A stretch of DNA of 60,000 nt. Source: Botryllus schlosseri (taxonomy: Eukaryota). Shown here piece after piece: positions 1 to 13,238 of this stretch. A program made the translations under genes and the position numbers. The notes beneath the pieces are model-generated. The model made no database searches and was not told the origin of the DNA. It saw only the letters and a list, made by a program, of their open reading frames with translations. Position 1 is the stretch's first letter. Every line of letters starts with the position of its first letter. The DNA is taken from positions 38,256,001 through 38,316,000 of the forward strand of contig CM119371.1 in assembly GCA_051294905.1 (NCBI GenBank). The letters run 5' to 3'.

Positions 1-100
1 CAAGCAGAGTAATCGCTCTTGGTACTCCGGCAAACGTACCGTCGTGAATTTATACTCAAGAAGCTGCTGGTTCGTAATACAGAACTCGAAGATGGCCTTC

Positions 101-1575
101 AATACAACATCCATTGTAATAAAATATTTATTGAACTCGAATACTTTTCGGGTGCCTCTTTTCAAGAGGTATATGGTGAAAGTATACATCACAAAGATTG
201 TTTGAACGAATAACGCAACAAATCCTCAAATCGATTCGCTCAAAAACTTGCGCAAATGACCGCAAGCGTTCGCGCGCCAATTCAAGTTGACTGCAAAACC
301 TGACTCATCTGACGATTATCAAACATACGCTTCGTCGAGCGGTCAACATTTAAGTGAAAATCCTTCTTGCGCTCAAAACTATAAGGACGAAAAGTTTACT
401 GTCATTGCGCGAGGCAGATTTCTGTTTCATTTAAAAGTGTTAGAATCAACCAGTATTCAATTGACCAAGCCTATTCTAAGTGACAGACAGACAGACAGAC
501 AGACAGAAGTTTATTTTCATGTGTAAGACAGTAATGCTGTAAAATGGTGGCCAGCGATACGACCTTCAGGTCTTCAAGTCAGCTGGTCACCTCATACATT
601 AAACAGACAGTCAATATAGGTCAACATGCAATACCAATTACATATAGGCTAACCCATATATGTATATCTATAGTTAATGATTTGGCATATCACTGCTGTC
701 AATCTAGCTACATAATAACAAGTAACTAAACAGTTGGTAAAATAACAAGTAAACAATACAAACGGTACCAAACTCTCAATGGTATGAGAATGAAGAAACT
801 AAACAGTAGCCATTAGGTTATGATTGGAAGAGCTGCTTTTATAATGATATTTAAGTTCGTTAAAAGACATACTTTTCAATTCAGTTGGAGTCTCACCCCA
901 TAGTTTTGGTCCTGAAAAGACAATGGATCTTTGAGCCATTGAAGACACACGTGGAATAAAATAGTTGTTAGAAGAAGCAGATCTGGTATTATAAGTATGG
1001 ACGTCTTTTTGGAGAAGAAATAGGCCTAGCAATGCATCGGAAATATTGCCATTATGGTATCTATGCATCAACTTTGCAATTTCTAAAGAGCACATTTTGG
1101 AACTGCTAATATGTTGAGGGATCTGTTTGCTTGCTGAGCACTATCCTAGACGGCATATTGATCGGATAGCTCTATTTTGTTGAACAGATAAGGCTTGCAA
1201 GTACGTTTTGAAAGATGTGCCCCAAAAAATAACACCATAAAGGTGAGGATGAATAATGGAAAAGTATAGAGTTCTTAGAACTGATCTGGGAAGTAAACGA
1301 GATACCCGTGACAGCACACCACAAGCACGAGAAACTTTTGACACTAGCAATTCGATATGTGAACAAAAGGATTTTCTGTATTGCGTTGTTACTATAGCTG
1401 CACTGTTACATTGCGGACTTCATGGTGTGCAATTCTGATTGTACGCCATATTTTGCCTTTTTGCTTTAGATTTTCCGTCTGTTTAAATCCCTATAGTGTG
1501 CCGTTAACTCTTGAAAAAGGGCTCATGAAAAGTCTTCGAGTTCAATAAATATTTTATTACAATGGATGTTGTATT
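101..1575. mobile_element. Inverted-repeat-bounded element hosting the LINE fragment
   Basis: 49-bp inverted repeats at 101-149 and 1527-1575 with one mismatch; no clear TSD. Confidence 0.6.
482..1350 (-). mobile_element. 5'-truncated L2/Crack/CR1-clade LINE (ORF2 C-terminus, 3'UTR, (TCTG)n tail)
   Basis: Frameshifted ORFs KVSRACGVLSR...LRTLYFSIIHPHL-YGVIFWG...QNRAIRSI and HTYNTRS...SGPKLW; AATAAA followed by a microsatellite tail at 482-506. Confidence 0.85.
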
Positions 1576-1989
1576 AAAATCAATTACAAGTAGAAGTAGG
1601 TGAAGAGAAGGTGATTTAGAGCTGCTAAGTTGAAGTAATCTTAAATTGTTAACACTTGAGTAATTAGTGCAGCTAGATCAGATCTACTTGAGTAGAGCAG
1701 TATATACTTCGTGACTGACCACCATTGCTCCCACGTGTCCATGTGCAGGCTTTATAGTTCATTACATATCCAACAATGGCTGAATTCAGAGGAGAAGTGT
1801 TATCATATTTTGAGAGCCGTCAATGAGGACACTTTTCACACGGTGCAAAATATTCTATAGTGGACGAGAAAACGAGTCATTTTCCAATACAGCTAATGAC
1901 ATTGGGTCAATTCCCCCAATAACCGCTTATAGTTTAGATTAGGCAAGTTGACTAGGAGTAAAACAGGGCACTTTTAGTACTCGTATACC

Positions 1990-3810
1990 TATGGCTGTGT
2001 TTAAAACAAAAATCAATTTGAAACAAACATGTTTAAAACAAGGTCCCTTTATTGTGTTTTGACTAAGCCAGTGGTTCCCAACGTGGGCGATTTGTCGGTC
2101 CAGGGGGGCGAAAATAGCCAAGGGGGCGATATGGGGGCGAAAATGGACGAAGGGGGCAATAGGGGGGCGATGGCGCGTTGAAATGACTATATTGGCGTCC
2201 ATGACCGTAACTGCCACGCCCAAACTCCCAATTAGCATGGGGGGCCCCGAGCTCAAAGGAGGCCGCACAATTTTTTTTGTGAATTAACAATAATTATAGA
2301 GTATTATTTTGGAAATTTAGGCAACTTTTTCAAAAGATTTTCGCGCTGCGCGCCATTTCGTGGTCACATGTTTCTTTCTTATTGCATCTCCTTCCTCCAA
2401 GAAATAATACGCATGAGTTACAGAAATGGGCATCTCGGCGTCAGCGATTATCACACCATGACGCACCAAGACATATGAAGTTTCAGGCCATGTAATATGC
2501 GACTCCGAGAAGTGTGCCAGAACGAGAAAACCTTGGCGGAAAAGGACTGCCCTCATGCTGACCGACTTCGATATATATACGAAATACATATATATTTAAT
2601 TGTCCATAGGCACCTAAATGCCTGGCGCCGAATGTTCATGTCCTGGCAATCAGAACCCCACAAAATTCCATCTCGCTGAGAAAAATTAATTGCCTGTGCA
2701 GAAATACCAATTTAAAATTGTGTGCGTCATTTAGTTTAGTACGTATGGACGATGTGAATATCTATTGACATAGCAGACAGGCCACGAAATTTAATTAAGT
2801 AACAAAGTAATTATACCCACACGTCCGCCCGAATATGTTCAATTGTACGATTATTTTTTACGGGCCCTACATTTTCCAAGACACCTCGCTCAGCTTTACC
2901 GGTAAATCTGAATACATGAGCAGAGAGAAGATAAAAATCGACAGCAATATATATGCAATTCCCGTTCGTATTGACCGATTCAATCATGAATTATAGATAT
3001 CTTTCGCGCGAATTAAACCGACTAACTAAAGAATCCAACAATTGTGCTGAGAAGTATCGGTTAGAAGTATCGGGGGAGTTTGGTCTGAGGGGTGCAGAAG
3101 TTTGCTTTATCGCCCTATGGAGCAGCGGGGATCAATACCAACGTATCGGGGGGGGGGGGGGGGCTGACGAAGTGCTGTTACGGTCCTTTGGGAATCAAGT
3201 CGGAGAAATTACCTTTTTTTAAAGTCAACTCACCAAAATTCAGCTGGAAAAGTGTAATTTCGAGGTCGAGACGAGAAGTTGACCTTTTTTCTTAGTAAAG
3301 TCGTCGGTGATTTCAGTCTGTATGCCCATTTTCCGGTTCCCAATATTTGGGGGGCGATGATCGGTGTGGAGTTTGAAAAGGGGGCGATGAGCCGAAAAAG
3401 GTTGGGAACCACTGGTCTAAGCAATGACGTCACGCATATTTAATAGTGACGTCATACTGGATTGATATTCAAAATTGAAAATATGGGGTAGATATAGCTC
3501 CTTTGACCAATAGGCATCCAACCGCTGTCATATACGCACCAAAATATCTTTAACCAGGACTACATCGTCATGTAGCATTTTTAAGGTCGGCGGTCATCAT
3601 CATCAGATCATTCATTCCGTATCAATGATCTATATCGATGTACTAAAGCTGTTGAACCGACTATTTCGAGGGTTCCAACCATGCCATATCGTATACCTCG
3701 GCTATATCGGGTGGTAATCGTCGTCCGTAGGCTCATACAACATGTTTTTGTAAAGTATTGACACAATTATACAACTTGAAGAAACACAATTTTTTAAAAG
3801 ACCTTTGTTC
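1990..3810 (+). mobile_element. Non-autonomous hAT MITE family F1 (TAGGGTTGCATTTAAAACAAA ends), interrupted, right end lost
   Basis: Homologous to copies at 16758, 29085 and 41631. Confidence 0.75.
2069..3414. mobile_element. Non-autonomous hAT element nested in F1
   Basis: TIRs CAGTGGTTCCCAAC/GTTGGGAACCACTG, TSD gactaagc/gtctaagc, GGGGGCGA subterminal repeats. Confidence 0.85.
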
Positions 3811-4463
3811 AAAACGGATTTTATGGTCGTTTTTTGGTATTTTAAGCTAAAAAAGAGGACAAATTGCCGAAAAGGAGAACATTTGCGCGAAGTAAGGACA
3901 TGTCTTCAAAAAAAGGTCATCTCTTTCCGAAAGAAGACGGTGGGGTTATCAGCCACGGTGCTAGTTTTTAGAGCTTTGCTTTAATAATCCAAGGATCGTA
4001 TATCCATCGGATTTATTTATTCTTGGCTGGAGCCGGATTCATACTTCCGGTGATAAGACCGTTTCCGGATTAACATTTTTCTACTACGGCCGGATTCACA
4101 ATTTGAAACCTCGTATTTTAGCAGACGTTTTTCATTGAAATATGAAAAGTTGGCATGATATTGACAGGTTGTTTTCGGACTTTGAATTGGAAATTTATCA
4201 GTCGCATTTTTTCGGACTCCATATTTCAAATTGTGTGCCTAATTAGTACTTTTCCTCGTACGACCAGAGTGGGATCGGGGCTGGATTCCATTAAAAAAAC
4301 ACGATCAGAGTCGAACTAGGCCAGGGAATTTGTCGTTCGGATAGCGGTCGTTCTTTATTCATGATTCAGATTCGATTAAAGTCCGCTCGTCTTAAATATT
4401 TTCAAGACCGACCGTTACAAATTCCAGAGTTTAGTCAGCTTCCTACGCATGACGTTAGCTTAC

Positions 4464-6879
4464 CGGCACAACTGTCGGTGTCGTAGTCCCCGCCGTCGTC
4501 GTTGTCCCCGCCGTCGTTGTTGTTGCCGTCGTGTTCCTCATTTCTGTGTGCGGAAGACAAAGAGTCGGTTCAGCGAAACCAGAAATTTGCCTCCTTCAGA
4601 CTTTTACATGCTACTGGATTTTCGGGACGCACAACTAGAACGAGAACTAGGATTACTCACTTTCAAAACAGGCCACAAATTACTAAAACACCGCTAATTC
4701 TATTCAATTACGAAACTAATATATTCGTTTATATTTTTTTATCGGAATTGCGTCGGCTTCAATTTTCGGGTTTCAAATGGGAGGGTTCCGACTAGGGCTG
4801 GGCAAAATCGAGCAACTGAGTGATTCAATTCTGAGTCACGTAATATGCTTCGAGTCGAGTCGAGTAATCGAGTATCACACGTTATGACGTCATATATGAA
4901 TGTAATACGTCAAAGTTCAAATATGTACCGTTTATGCCCCCACAACGAATATAATGCATTTTATCCATGTCTTAAATGGTATTTCGGTATTGTTTCTACC
5001 ATACCGATTTCATTCCATTTGGTGACAATGTTGTGAAATAATCATGACTTCGGAAATGTGCTACATCCAGTAACCTTCGTAGCTTCGTACCATATGTTTC
5101 GTATGCTATGATACCGCCAATCAAGGTTTCAAGGCTTCAGCAGTGAAAATTAGTATCGAAACTATAATTCTTGTTGATAAATTAACTTTCAGTGGCGAGA
5201 AGCGTATAATTTCAGTACTCGAAAAAATCGTATTTTACTACTCGACTCGAATCATTAAAATCAATACTCGATTCAGATTCGAGTACTCGAATCATAGTGC
5301 CCAGCCCTAGTTTCGACCCCGAAAACCCATCCGCTACGCCAGTGCTAGTGCGGTGATGAATTTGAGTTAGCCATCGCTGTGAGAACACCACACAGCAGAA
5401 CGCCGGTATTCACGCCAAACGACGACAGTCGAACAGTGTAGTCTATTTCATCTACGACAATTTTGCGGACTCGTAACTACAGATTTAGAACTATACTTAA
5501 TTCTGGAAATCATCCACTACAACTACAAATTAGAGCTAAAACTACTATGAGAATCAGTAATTAATTTACCACCAACCAAACTGGATTGGTAGTTCGTACA
5601 AGTATGGCCTCGTTTCCCCCCGATACTCACGTTGAATCAGTTGTAGCAGCACGATGGTTCTTATCAATTCCTGCAACCGATTGTTAGGTGGCGGAGCATA
5701 TCGAACTGGCACGTATTGACTCCCTTGTGCGACGTACGCGCTCGCTTGCTGGATCGTAGAAAACTTGTTAATTCGGCGAAATTGTGCTCACGCATATGTT
5801 GAAAGAGATTGTATATATCGTGAAAAGTCAGAAGCCACCTGAGCATTACCACCAGACTTACAGATCCAGCGACGGAGGAAGACCGTCGCTCAGCCATCAA
5901 AGCCGAGTCACCATGGACAGTCGCGTATCGCTACACTCAAAACCTTACAATAACTAAAAAAGATACAGCTTGAAAAAATATATTCGTATTGAAATAAATC
6001 CAGATATATTCGGTAATCGTCAGTAACTATAGTAAAGAATTGAAACTCTGCATTTCAAATTGCCTCCTATAGTGTCTTCGCCATTACTCCTGACGAGTGT
6101 CAGCCGAAAATCCTCGGGTTTATTTCAATGTGAGTATATTATTCGATTGTATATTGAGGTTCTGCACCTCGATAAGCCTCTCGAAGGGTACGGATGTACG
6201 GAAAAACAGCGCCATTGAAAATATGTAGATGATAAATGATTACGGTAGGGTCAGTGATTTGTTGATTAATACAATTTAGTGGTATATGAACAGGCTCTTG
6301 GAGGTACAGAACTTCAATATACAATTGAATAGTATATTCATATTGAAATGAACCCGAATATTTTCGGCTGACACTCGTCAGGGGTAATCGTCAGCAACTA
6401 GTAGAGAATTCAAAAGAACAGCGTATATCAACAATCGTAACACGTCATATTTTGTGTTACGATTGTTGATATACGATGTTCTATTCAATTTAGTGGTAAT
6501 ATGATAGCCCTGAGTCAAACACAACTTTTTTCGAAAAACTCTCAAGAAGGCAAATTACGGAGATTAGACTATAAACTTAGTTCATATACTGACATCGCTA
6601 CACCCGATTGAGTTCTGCAAACGATTAGTGAAATGATGGTGATGCTCATACATGCGCAATCAACAGCGAGTGTTCGCCTGTATGTGGAACAAATTATCAA
6701 AAATGGTTGGGCTGACTTACTTCTCCCTGGTGGGTTGTCGGCCCCTGTCCAGCTTGTTCACCAGTAACTGCAATATCAACAAGTTCAAAAAGACCAATAG
6801 AGACAAATAGTCAGCAAAGATTCCCACCTCCGACGTAAGCGACTGCCACGAGCAGGATGAAACTAGGAACGAATCGCAT
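4464..6879 (-). CDS. Gene A (partial): secreted Thr-rich stalk / C-type-lectin-family paralog. Exons 6828-6879, 6721-6767, 5631-5748, 4464-4543; lectin exons 5-6 not found in window
   Basis: GT-AG exons of 52/47/118/80 nt with phases 1/0/1/0, matching paralogs B and C. Translation: MRFVPSFILLVAVAYVG-VTGEQAGQGPTTHQGE-QASAYVAQGSQYVPVRYAPPPNNRLQELIRTIVLLQLIQ-QMRNTTATTTTAGTTTTAGTTTPTVVP. Confidence 0.85.
4793..5309. mobile_element. hAT MITE family F3 (TAGGGCTGGGCA ends) in gene A intron 3
   Basis: TIRs with TSD gttccgac/gtttcgac; near-identical to 34317-34833 in the opposite orientation. Confidence 0.9.
6086..6119 (+). ncRNA. Minimal hammerhead copy with altered stem III
   Basis: ACUC-CUGACGA-GUGUCAGCC-GAAA-AUCC-UC-GGGU; core intact, stem III palindrome broken. 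Confidence 0.6.
6352..6385 (-). ncRNA. Minimal type I hammerhead ribozyme (intact core)
   Basis: Minus strand reads ACCC-CUGACGA-GUGUCAGCC-GAAA-AUAU-UC-GGGU: full CUGANGA/GAAA/UH core, stem I ACCC/GGGU, palindromic stem III. Confidence 0.8.
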
Positions 6880-8256
6880 AATAGTCCTATTGACTAATAC
6901 CACCTATCTGCTGTTGGAAGAGAATATTTCCTCGGAAATTGTAGAGCATCCTGACTGTAAGTTCACTAATAAATCCACCATAACGGTTCTACCGAGAAAG
7001 CGGCATCACAAGAGAACGAATTACACGAAAACAAATTGTTCTATCACATGGCTTCTCAAACTTGGGTACGCGAGCTATGTCATTTATATGACACTAGGAC
7101 AATTTTCTACAGCAGTGAATTTAGGAAGTATATGGGAATTGGGTTTAAGATCATAAAATGCAGTGTTTATTAAGGTTTAATACCATCATAATTTCACATT
7201 TACTTGTGCATTTTCCGTAGTGAATTTCTGCTTCTCTGTCCGTGTTATGAGAGTTATTACCATAGTCCACTGTATATTTCACATTATTTATATTCAAATC
7301 AGTATCATCTGCTTATTAGCCTATGAAGGCTGCTTGATTAGCGCTATTGTGGTTTATGATATTTATGTACAATGATGAGCTGGGTATAGTTTATGGAATA
7401 AGTCGTATGGCAAAGTCGCATCCAGGAATGTCAGAAATTGTGTGGACAGTCGTTTTCTCTTCGCCTCCACAGACTTACTAGCAAAGCATTGTCAAGCTCA
7501 TCCATCGCAGTGGAATGATGTTTGAAAATGTAAATACATAGTCTGTGGGGATTCGTCTTTCAATTCGGCATACTTTATACAGCATCATTTCTAAGGGGTA
7601 TAGGCCTACGCCATACATGCAAATAACTCGTAACGAAAAAAAAGTTTGAGAAATCCCGTTCTGTCAAGAATATCAGATCGCGATCGCGGAGCAGCATTTC
7701 GCGGGTAATCCAAACTCCAAGTATGTATACACTCGTGACAAAACAATCAGATTTTACTGGATGAATACAATTCCGCGATTGAGATTACCAGACCACTATC
7801 TCACACATCGATTACGCCTACCGCAACACGCCACTTCAATTCCCCTGCTTTTACTTTCCATGGTATCTCTTGTTACTTTTCATTCCGTGTCCATGCACGT
7901 TGTATACATGTTCGAGGCAAAAGCGGCAGTCTTATTGAAAGACTAGTCCAAGTTGGTTCGGAGGCCACATATCCCTTGACCTTTGCACGATCTTGTGATG
8001 AGATGAAGCGATAGAATCATGACTGACTTAAACTGGGCTGAGCGGAGCAAGCTGGCGGTGTCGATTTTGTTGAATACTGCGTGGTTATTTTGACTTACGA
8101 ATATGGGGCTGGTCACAATGATTGGCATACTCGTATCTGATTCGAGCATCTATTTTACATATTCGAGTCGGTATAGTGAGAAATTAACCTTTTGATTACT
8201 GAAATGATGTGCTTGTCGTTATGAGTTCATTTATCCCCGTAAATTATGGTTTAGAG

Positions 8257-9158
8257 CAGGGGTGTCAAGCATAAGGCCGGCGGTCCCCATTTACATTTCA
8301 TCCGGCCCGCGAAGCAAGTCTGAGAATAGATTGAAATATACTTTTATGTTTCAGAAAATTGTCTAACAAATTTTCCATTAAATAATTCCTCATGGCGGAA
8401 AATGTGGAGTAGATTCTTAGGCCAAATTATAACTATCCGACACCGGGGTTATGGTTGCACCCAAGTCACGAAGAGGAACGAATCGCTGACATTGACACCC
8501 ACTCACTACCAGGAAGGCACAAATAATCGCTTTCAATTCAGAGTTATATTTAAAAAAAATGGAGAAGTAGTTATTCACAGAAGCAGAAACGTGAATGCAA
8601 AACGGTTATATGCAGGTTACATGTAGAATATAATAATAGTTACACAACAATAGAATCCAAACATCTGTAGTCGCACTTCTTTGACACTTACGTCTCAACA
8701 GGTTTACGGTTATCAGAGCAACCCGGATTGCGATTTACTGAGAATTAACCAAATCAAACGTCGCATTAACAGTTAAATTTTTTGTACTCCTCACAATGCA
8801 CATACAGGGCTAACGTCTGATTACGACTGAAATAAAGAGAGGACGGAGATACCAACTTATATCGTCGTTACATCCACTGTTTTGACGGTTTATAACTGTA
8901 GGCTACTCAGACAGCCAATAATCGTATTTTGTCAATTCCATTGCTTGCTAATGAAGGTGTTGCTGGAATAGAGCCCCCATGATCCACAATATTATGTAAA
9001 TTACTATTATGTTAATAGGCTTGATAATAATTTATTCATGTGAAAGCAAGGGCATGGATATTAAGGTAACATTTTGCAATCACTTGACTGGCCCGACCCG
9101 CATGCGATCAGAAGGTTTGAATCCGGCCCGCGACGCAAGTTGAGTTTGACAGCCCTCT
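8257..9158. mobile_element. Non-autonomous hAT element
   Basis: CAGGGGTGTCAA...TTTGACAGCCCT ends with CGGCCCGCG subterminal motifs; TSD degenerate. Confidence 0.7.
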
Positions 9159-10282
9159 TTTATAGAGTATTTTCCACTGTCTGAAACCCCGAATGATCGC
9201 ATCGCAGAATATATAAAATGTATTACCAAGATTCGTACGGCAGTGGGAATGACATATCTAAGTCGTGATCAATCCCAAGCATTGTCAAAAAGTGCAATAA
9301 AGTTGGAACGGTTGAAAAAATAACAAATTATCTTCATTGCGATGTAGAACATGCACTATGTTCTGTGTGGTAGCGTAAAAGGTACATATTTGAACTTTCC
9401 ACGTCGCTCAAGCAGTGGTGACGTCATTATGAGCGACGCTCAGGTAGCCTACTCGATTTAAGACAGCCCTACCTGTATGAACAAACGCCCTAACAAACAG
9501 CCCTTCCACTCACCAGAATAGAATCTAATCAAACTGAGCCGTTTCGGCATCAGGAAACGTCGTAAACAGAATAATCTCCCATATAGTATATCAATGGCCT
9601 CAGGGAGAGTCGTCCCATCGTGACAAGGCCCCGACATCGTCATCGGGATATTTCAAACGAAGCTCTCCGGTGTTTTCCGATGATTTTAAAATTCAGCGAC
9701 TATCGCATCTATCAACCAATATGCTTTCTAATCAAATATGTATGCACCCACGCTTTCTGGCCACATACGATTCAACGCTCTGCTTTCGAGTATCGGCTAT
9801 ACATAAGTATCTGACAGCCTATCAGATTTGCGAAAGCGAGAGCTTGCGACGACATTCTAATGCGCACACGGCCGAGCCTGTAATCGCCAGTAATCGTCAG
9901 TAATTGGCCTCGTTTGACAGATTACAAGCACCCGAATCAGAAGAAAATATGTTCATTGAGGCAGTGATCATTCGGGCCGAAGGTCCCCAAACTTTTTAGA
10001 CTCAACGCCCCCTTATTAAGCACGCGTTTTATCTTTATCTCCCCGTAAAAGCTAGGGGTTATCAGTTACGAAGTATCCATACTTTTCTGGGTACTCAATT
10101 AGGTTTTATCTACGTGTCTCATTTACCGAAGTAGTTCGAAATGTATACTACTTCTACTTCATAAGTGTTTTGATGTTGAAATGTTATATCTGGATGCTTA
10201 TAGTTGTAGTTTGCAAAGTAGTTTTCGGATGCACTTCAACGATGCGTCGAGCGAAGTTGTGAGATTTCGCAAACGTGTTCAG

Positions 10283-10677
10283 TAGGGATGTTCATTGATT
10301 AAATTGTCAGGTTACCCTAAAAACACTGCACACCAAATTTGGTTCAATTCTAGCAAGTATAAGACTCCGCAGATCTAATTAAAAAAAATAATTTATTAGA
10401 GAAAATTAAAAAAACTAATTCAAATTTTTCTGTCAATCCTATGAAATTGTTGAGCTGTCTTCAAAGACGATGCTAAACCAATTTGATTCAATTCCAAGTA
10501 GTAGTAGCGGAGTTATTTGAGTTTTTTGTTGGTAATTCTCGGATTATCCACCAATCAAGGAGTCTTATACTTGTTAGAATTGAACCAAATTTGGTGTGCA
10601 GCGTCTTTAAGGTGACCTAACAATTTGATCAGTGAATGGCTGGAATCCATAGAAAAAGTTATTTTTTAACAGCCCTA
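10283..10677. mobile_element. hAT MITE with internal inverted repeat
   Basis: TAGGGATGTT/AACAGCCCTA ends, perfect TSD gtgttcag; internal inverted arms about 10300-10368 and 10559-10630. Confidence 0.85.
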
Positions 10678-11641
10678 GTGTTCAGTTTGATTGGCGTAAT
10701 GTGATACAAATTTCCTTGATTCGACTCTCTTCACCTTTCGCGGGCTGGGATGAGTCACGCCGCTTATTTATCATCATCGGTCTATCATAAATTGAATTTA
10801 CCAAGTAAACCAAACAGGTAATCAGATGTAATTGACTAGACTTTCTAAGATTTCTGTTCTACGTATCGCCCCTTTCGCACTCGGCACTAAAATGGATAAT
10901 AGGCGCTCCATCGGTGTCGCGATCAATATACACCGCAAGGTTTGTCAGCTGTAGAGTCGAACTAGTCGGAACTGTAGGCAATTACATAAGTTTTTCCCGT
11001 CGTACCATCCGTAGCTATAGGCCTACATCAATTTTGAATATTGCCGGGTGTTGGAGCGGCCAGAAAAGACCTCCGACTTAAAAGTAATATGTAACCTCAA
11101 TATCCATTCACCAGAGTGCGCAAAAAGAGGTAATGTTATAGTGATATTATATAAATACTTATATGGTCACGTTTAATGCAATGTGACTGGTGAATTTACG
11201 AAGCAAACATTTCAATCTAAGTTGTTTACAACGTAGCAACCAATCAGTACACTTGGAGTTCCACTCCGATAAAGCAGCGTGATTTCAGTAAGCTACTACA
11301 CAGAATGACCCTCTTACCAAATCACTGGGCCAAATACGAATCCGCTAAACATATAGCCAAATTCCGAGATCGTGTAAAATATGGGACTTATCTGCTATGT
11401 CGTCGAGGCACGCGTAGAATCGTTTGAGCCCGCGAAATCGGATGCTAATTTAGCTTATGATCTGGTACGTCTGAGCTAAGGTGAGGTGTGCTAATGCAAG
11501 GGACAACATGTTGAATATGAATTACCGGAAAATTTCGATATAATCTCGGTCCTGGAAATTGTTGAGTGAATTCCGATATCTCATTTTATATCCTAATCTC
11601 GCTATCACCTTCACCAATTTGTATTGCGATAATGAACCTTC

Positions 11642-11915
11642 GTTGTTGTTGTTTGTATATTCATGGTGTTTGTCGACTACGAGGGTCATTTACACCAGGC
11701 CGATATTCCTTATTTTTGATTCCGTATCTGCGGTCTCGTAGCAGGGCCCACTTCTAGGCTCTTTGTACCACACCGCTTACGAGGACGAGATGGCGAGGAG
11801 AGGAGCCTAGATAAACCTCCGACACTTAGGCCGGGATTCTGGACTTGACCTCGGTCGGACTCAAACCCACAATCCATTGTTGTTGTAGATGTGGATTATA
11901 CCATTACACGCTGTC
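11642..11915 (-). mobile_element. tRNA-derived SINE (family S1)
   Basis: Reverse-complement homolog of 47763-48035; degenerate A/B boxes, (CAA)n tail. Confidence 0.8.
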
Positions 11916-12198
11916 TTGCCATCATAATGAACCTTTCACACCTATACAGAGGCATGCCCGATCGCTTAGCAAAAACGTCACACACCCACGGGCTACGGAG
12001 TTGAGCTTGACTTCTGAAAACACATTACAGCGTTGTACACCATAAGACAATATGTTTGGATTACAAACACCTTGATCGCACTTATTAATGCTTCTAGATA
12101 CGAGTATAATGGAGCAGAACGTGTGCTACTGTCATCAAGGGGGCGCGTTTTAAAAAGTTTAAGATCCAATACATTATGGCTGTTCTCAATAAGTTGCA

Positions 12199-12226
12199 GT
12201 TGTTGTTGTTGTTGTTGTTGTTGTTG
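12199..12226. repeat. (TTG)n microsatellite
   Basis: About nine tandem TTG units. Confidence 0.9.
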
Positions 12227-12479
12227 CCTACCTGTGCTCTCGCCATCCAGCTAATTCAAAAGCATGCACATATTGCACATGGACTTCCATAAATTCTGTA
12301 TCGGTTATTATGGCATTGATACAAGAAAATTGGCGAGTACTATTATGTCGTGATGTGATAGCTCTTCCTACATCTGCACTTAATGCACACGTTTGCGGAG
12401 AATTATACGCTGAGCAATGTTGGACTTATTGCAATTTCTCCTTGTCTATGAGCCTTCATTTTGATGTTAGTAAAATTAT

Positions 12480-13116
12480 GTCGAAATTTACTCTTCACAG
12501 AGACGATTTATAAAGGCCTATGACCAGCAGAACGCAAGATACATCCTTGTCTGACGGTTATATCCATCCATGCGTTTGACTCCAGTCTGCAGGAATTCTC
12601 TTTCCCAGTTTTCAGAAGCGGCCTTGGACGGCTTTAGACATAACTAATATCCCTCATTTTAGCATTCATATAGACAAATCGCCTATGGCTATTCATGGAA
12701 ACAAACAGCAACTGTCGTCTATTTTATTTTGTGGCATATTTAGAGGTCAATCAGAGCCGCAAAAAGGCTTCCTTGAAGCCGCATGTGGCTCTGAGAGTCA
12801 CAGTTGGACTAAATCACTGGCCCAAACGTATACTAGAAACAATTTCTTTCGTGATATGCACACTATTCCAAGTTGGTATGTCTATACGGGGCGCATCATT
12901 TTTATCTGTTCTTCACGTCTGTACTGCTGTGGGGTTCAGATTGCAAACTTTGATAGCATTAAATCGCGCTCGGCGCGAAGAAAATTTCAAGATTATTTAA
13001 AATTGAATCAATCAAAAATTCAATTTGCCCGTCGACGGCCGCCAACACATACTAATTAAATTACGTGTCACCGCTGCACAAATGTCCGTCTACGGCCGCA
13101 GGTTGCCCACCCTTGA
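12480..13116. mobile_element. Degenerate hAT MITE family F2
   Basis: Right end CAGGTTGCCCACCCTTG; body homologous to 17010-17800 and 51865-52688; left boundary approximate. Confidence 0.65.
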
Positions 13117-13238
13117 TTTAAAGCATTTATAGGTAAATGATTGGTGACTTGTCATACGAAATTTTTGCCGTGGCGCACCAGACCGATATGGTGATAAGCG
13201 TCACAATGTCTCACTTCACAACTAATAATAATACATAG

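Larger units (their letters stand above)
5980..6490. mobile_element. Cluster of inverted copies of a hammerhead-bearing repeat (Penelope-like pLTR / retrozyme-like)
   Basis: Plus copy about 6085-6175 faces a minus copy about 6296-6445. Hairpin about 6414-6483. Internally deleted minus copy about 5985-6050. Confidence 0.65.

Noticed and set aside
1..4460. Lectin exons 5-6 of gene A
   Set aside because: No YKGC/LAHKNVR or WLGL/YVCE-coding segment found; presumably outside the window or lost
4449..4795. Arg/Cys-rich protamine-like plus-strand ORF
   Set aside because: It is the antisense reading of the Thr-rich exon 4 of gene A
12685..13059. 124-aa ORF and similar ORFs at 21408, 36071 and 44625
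   Set aside because: They lie inside non-coding MITEs or repeats; frames are not conserved between copies
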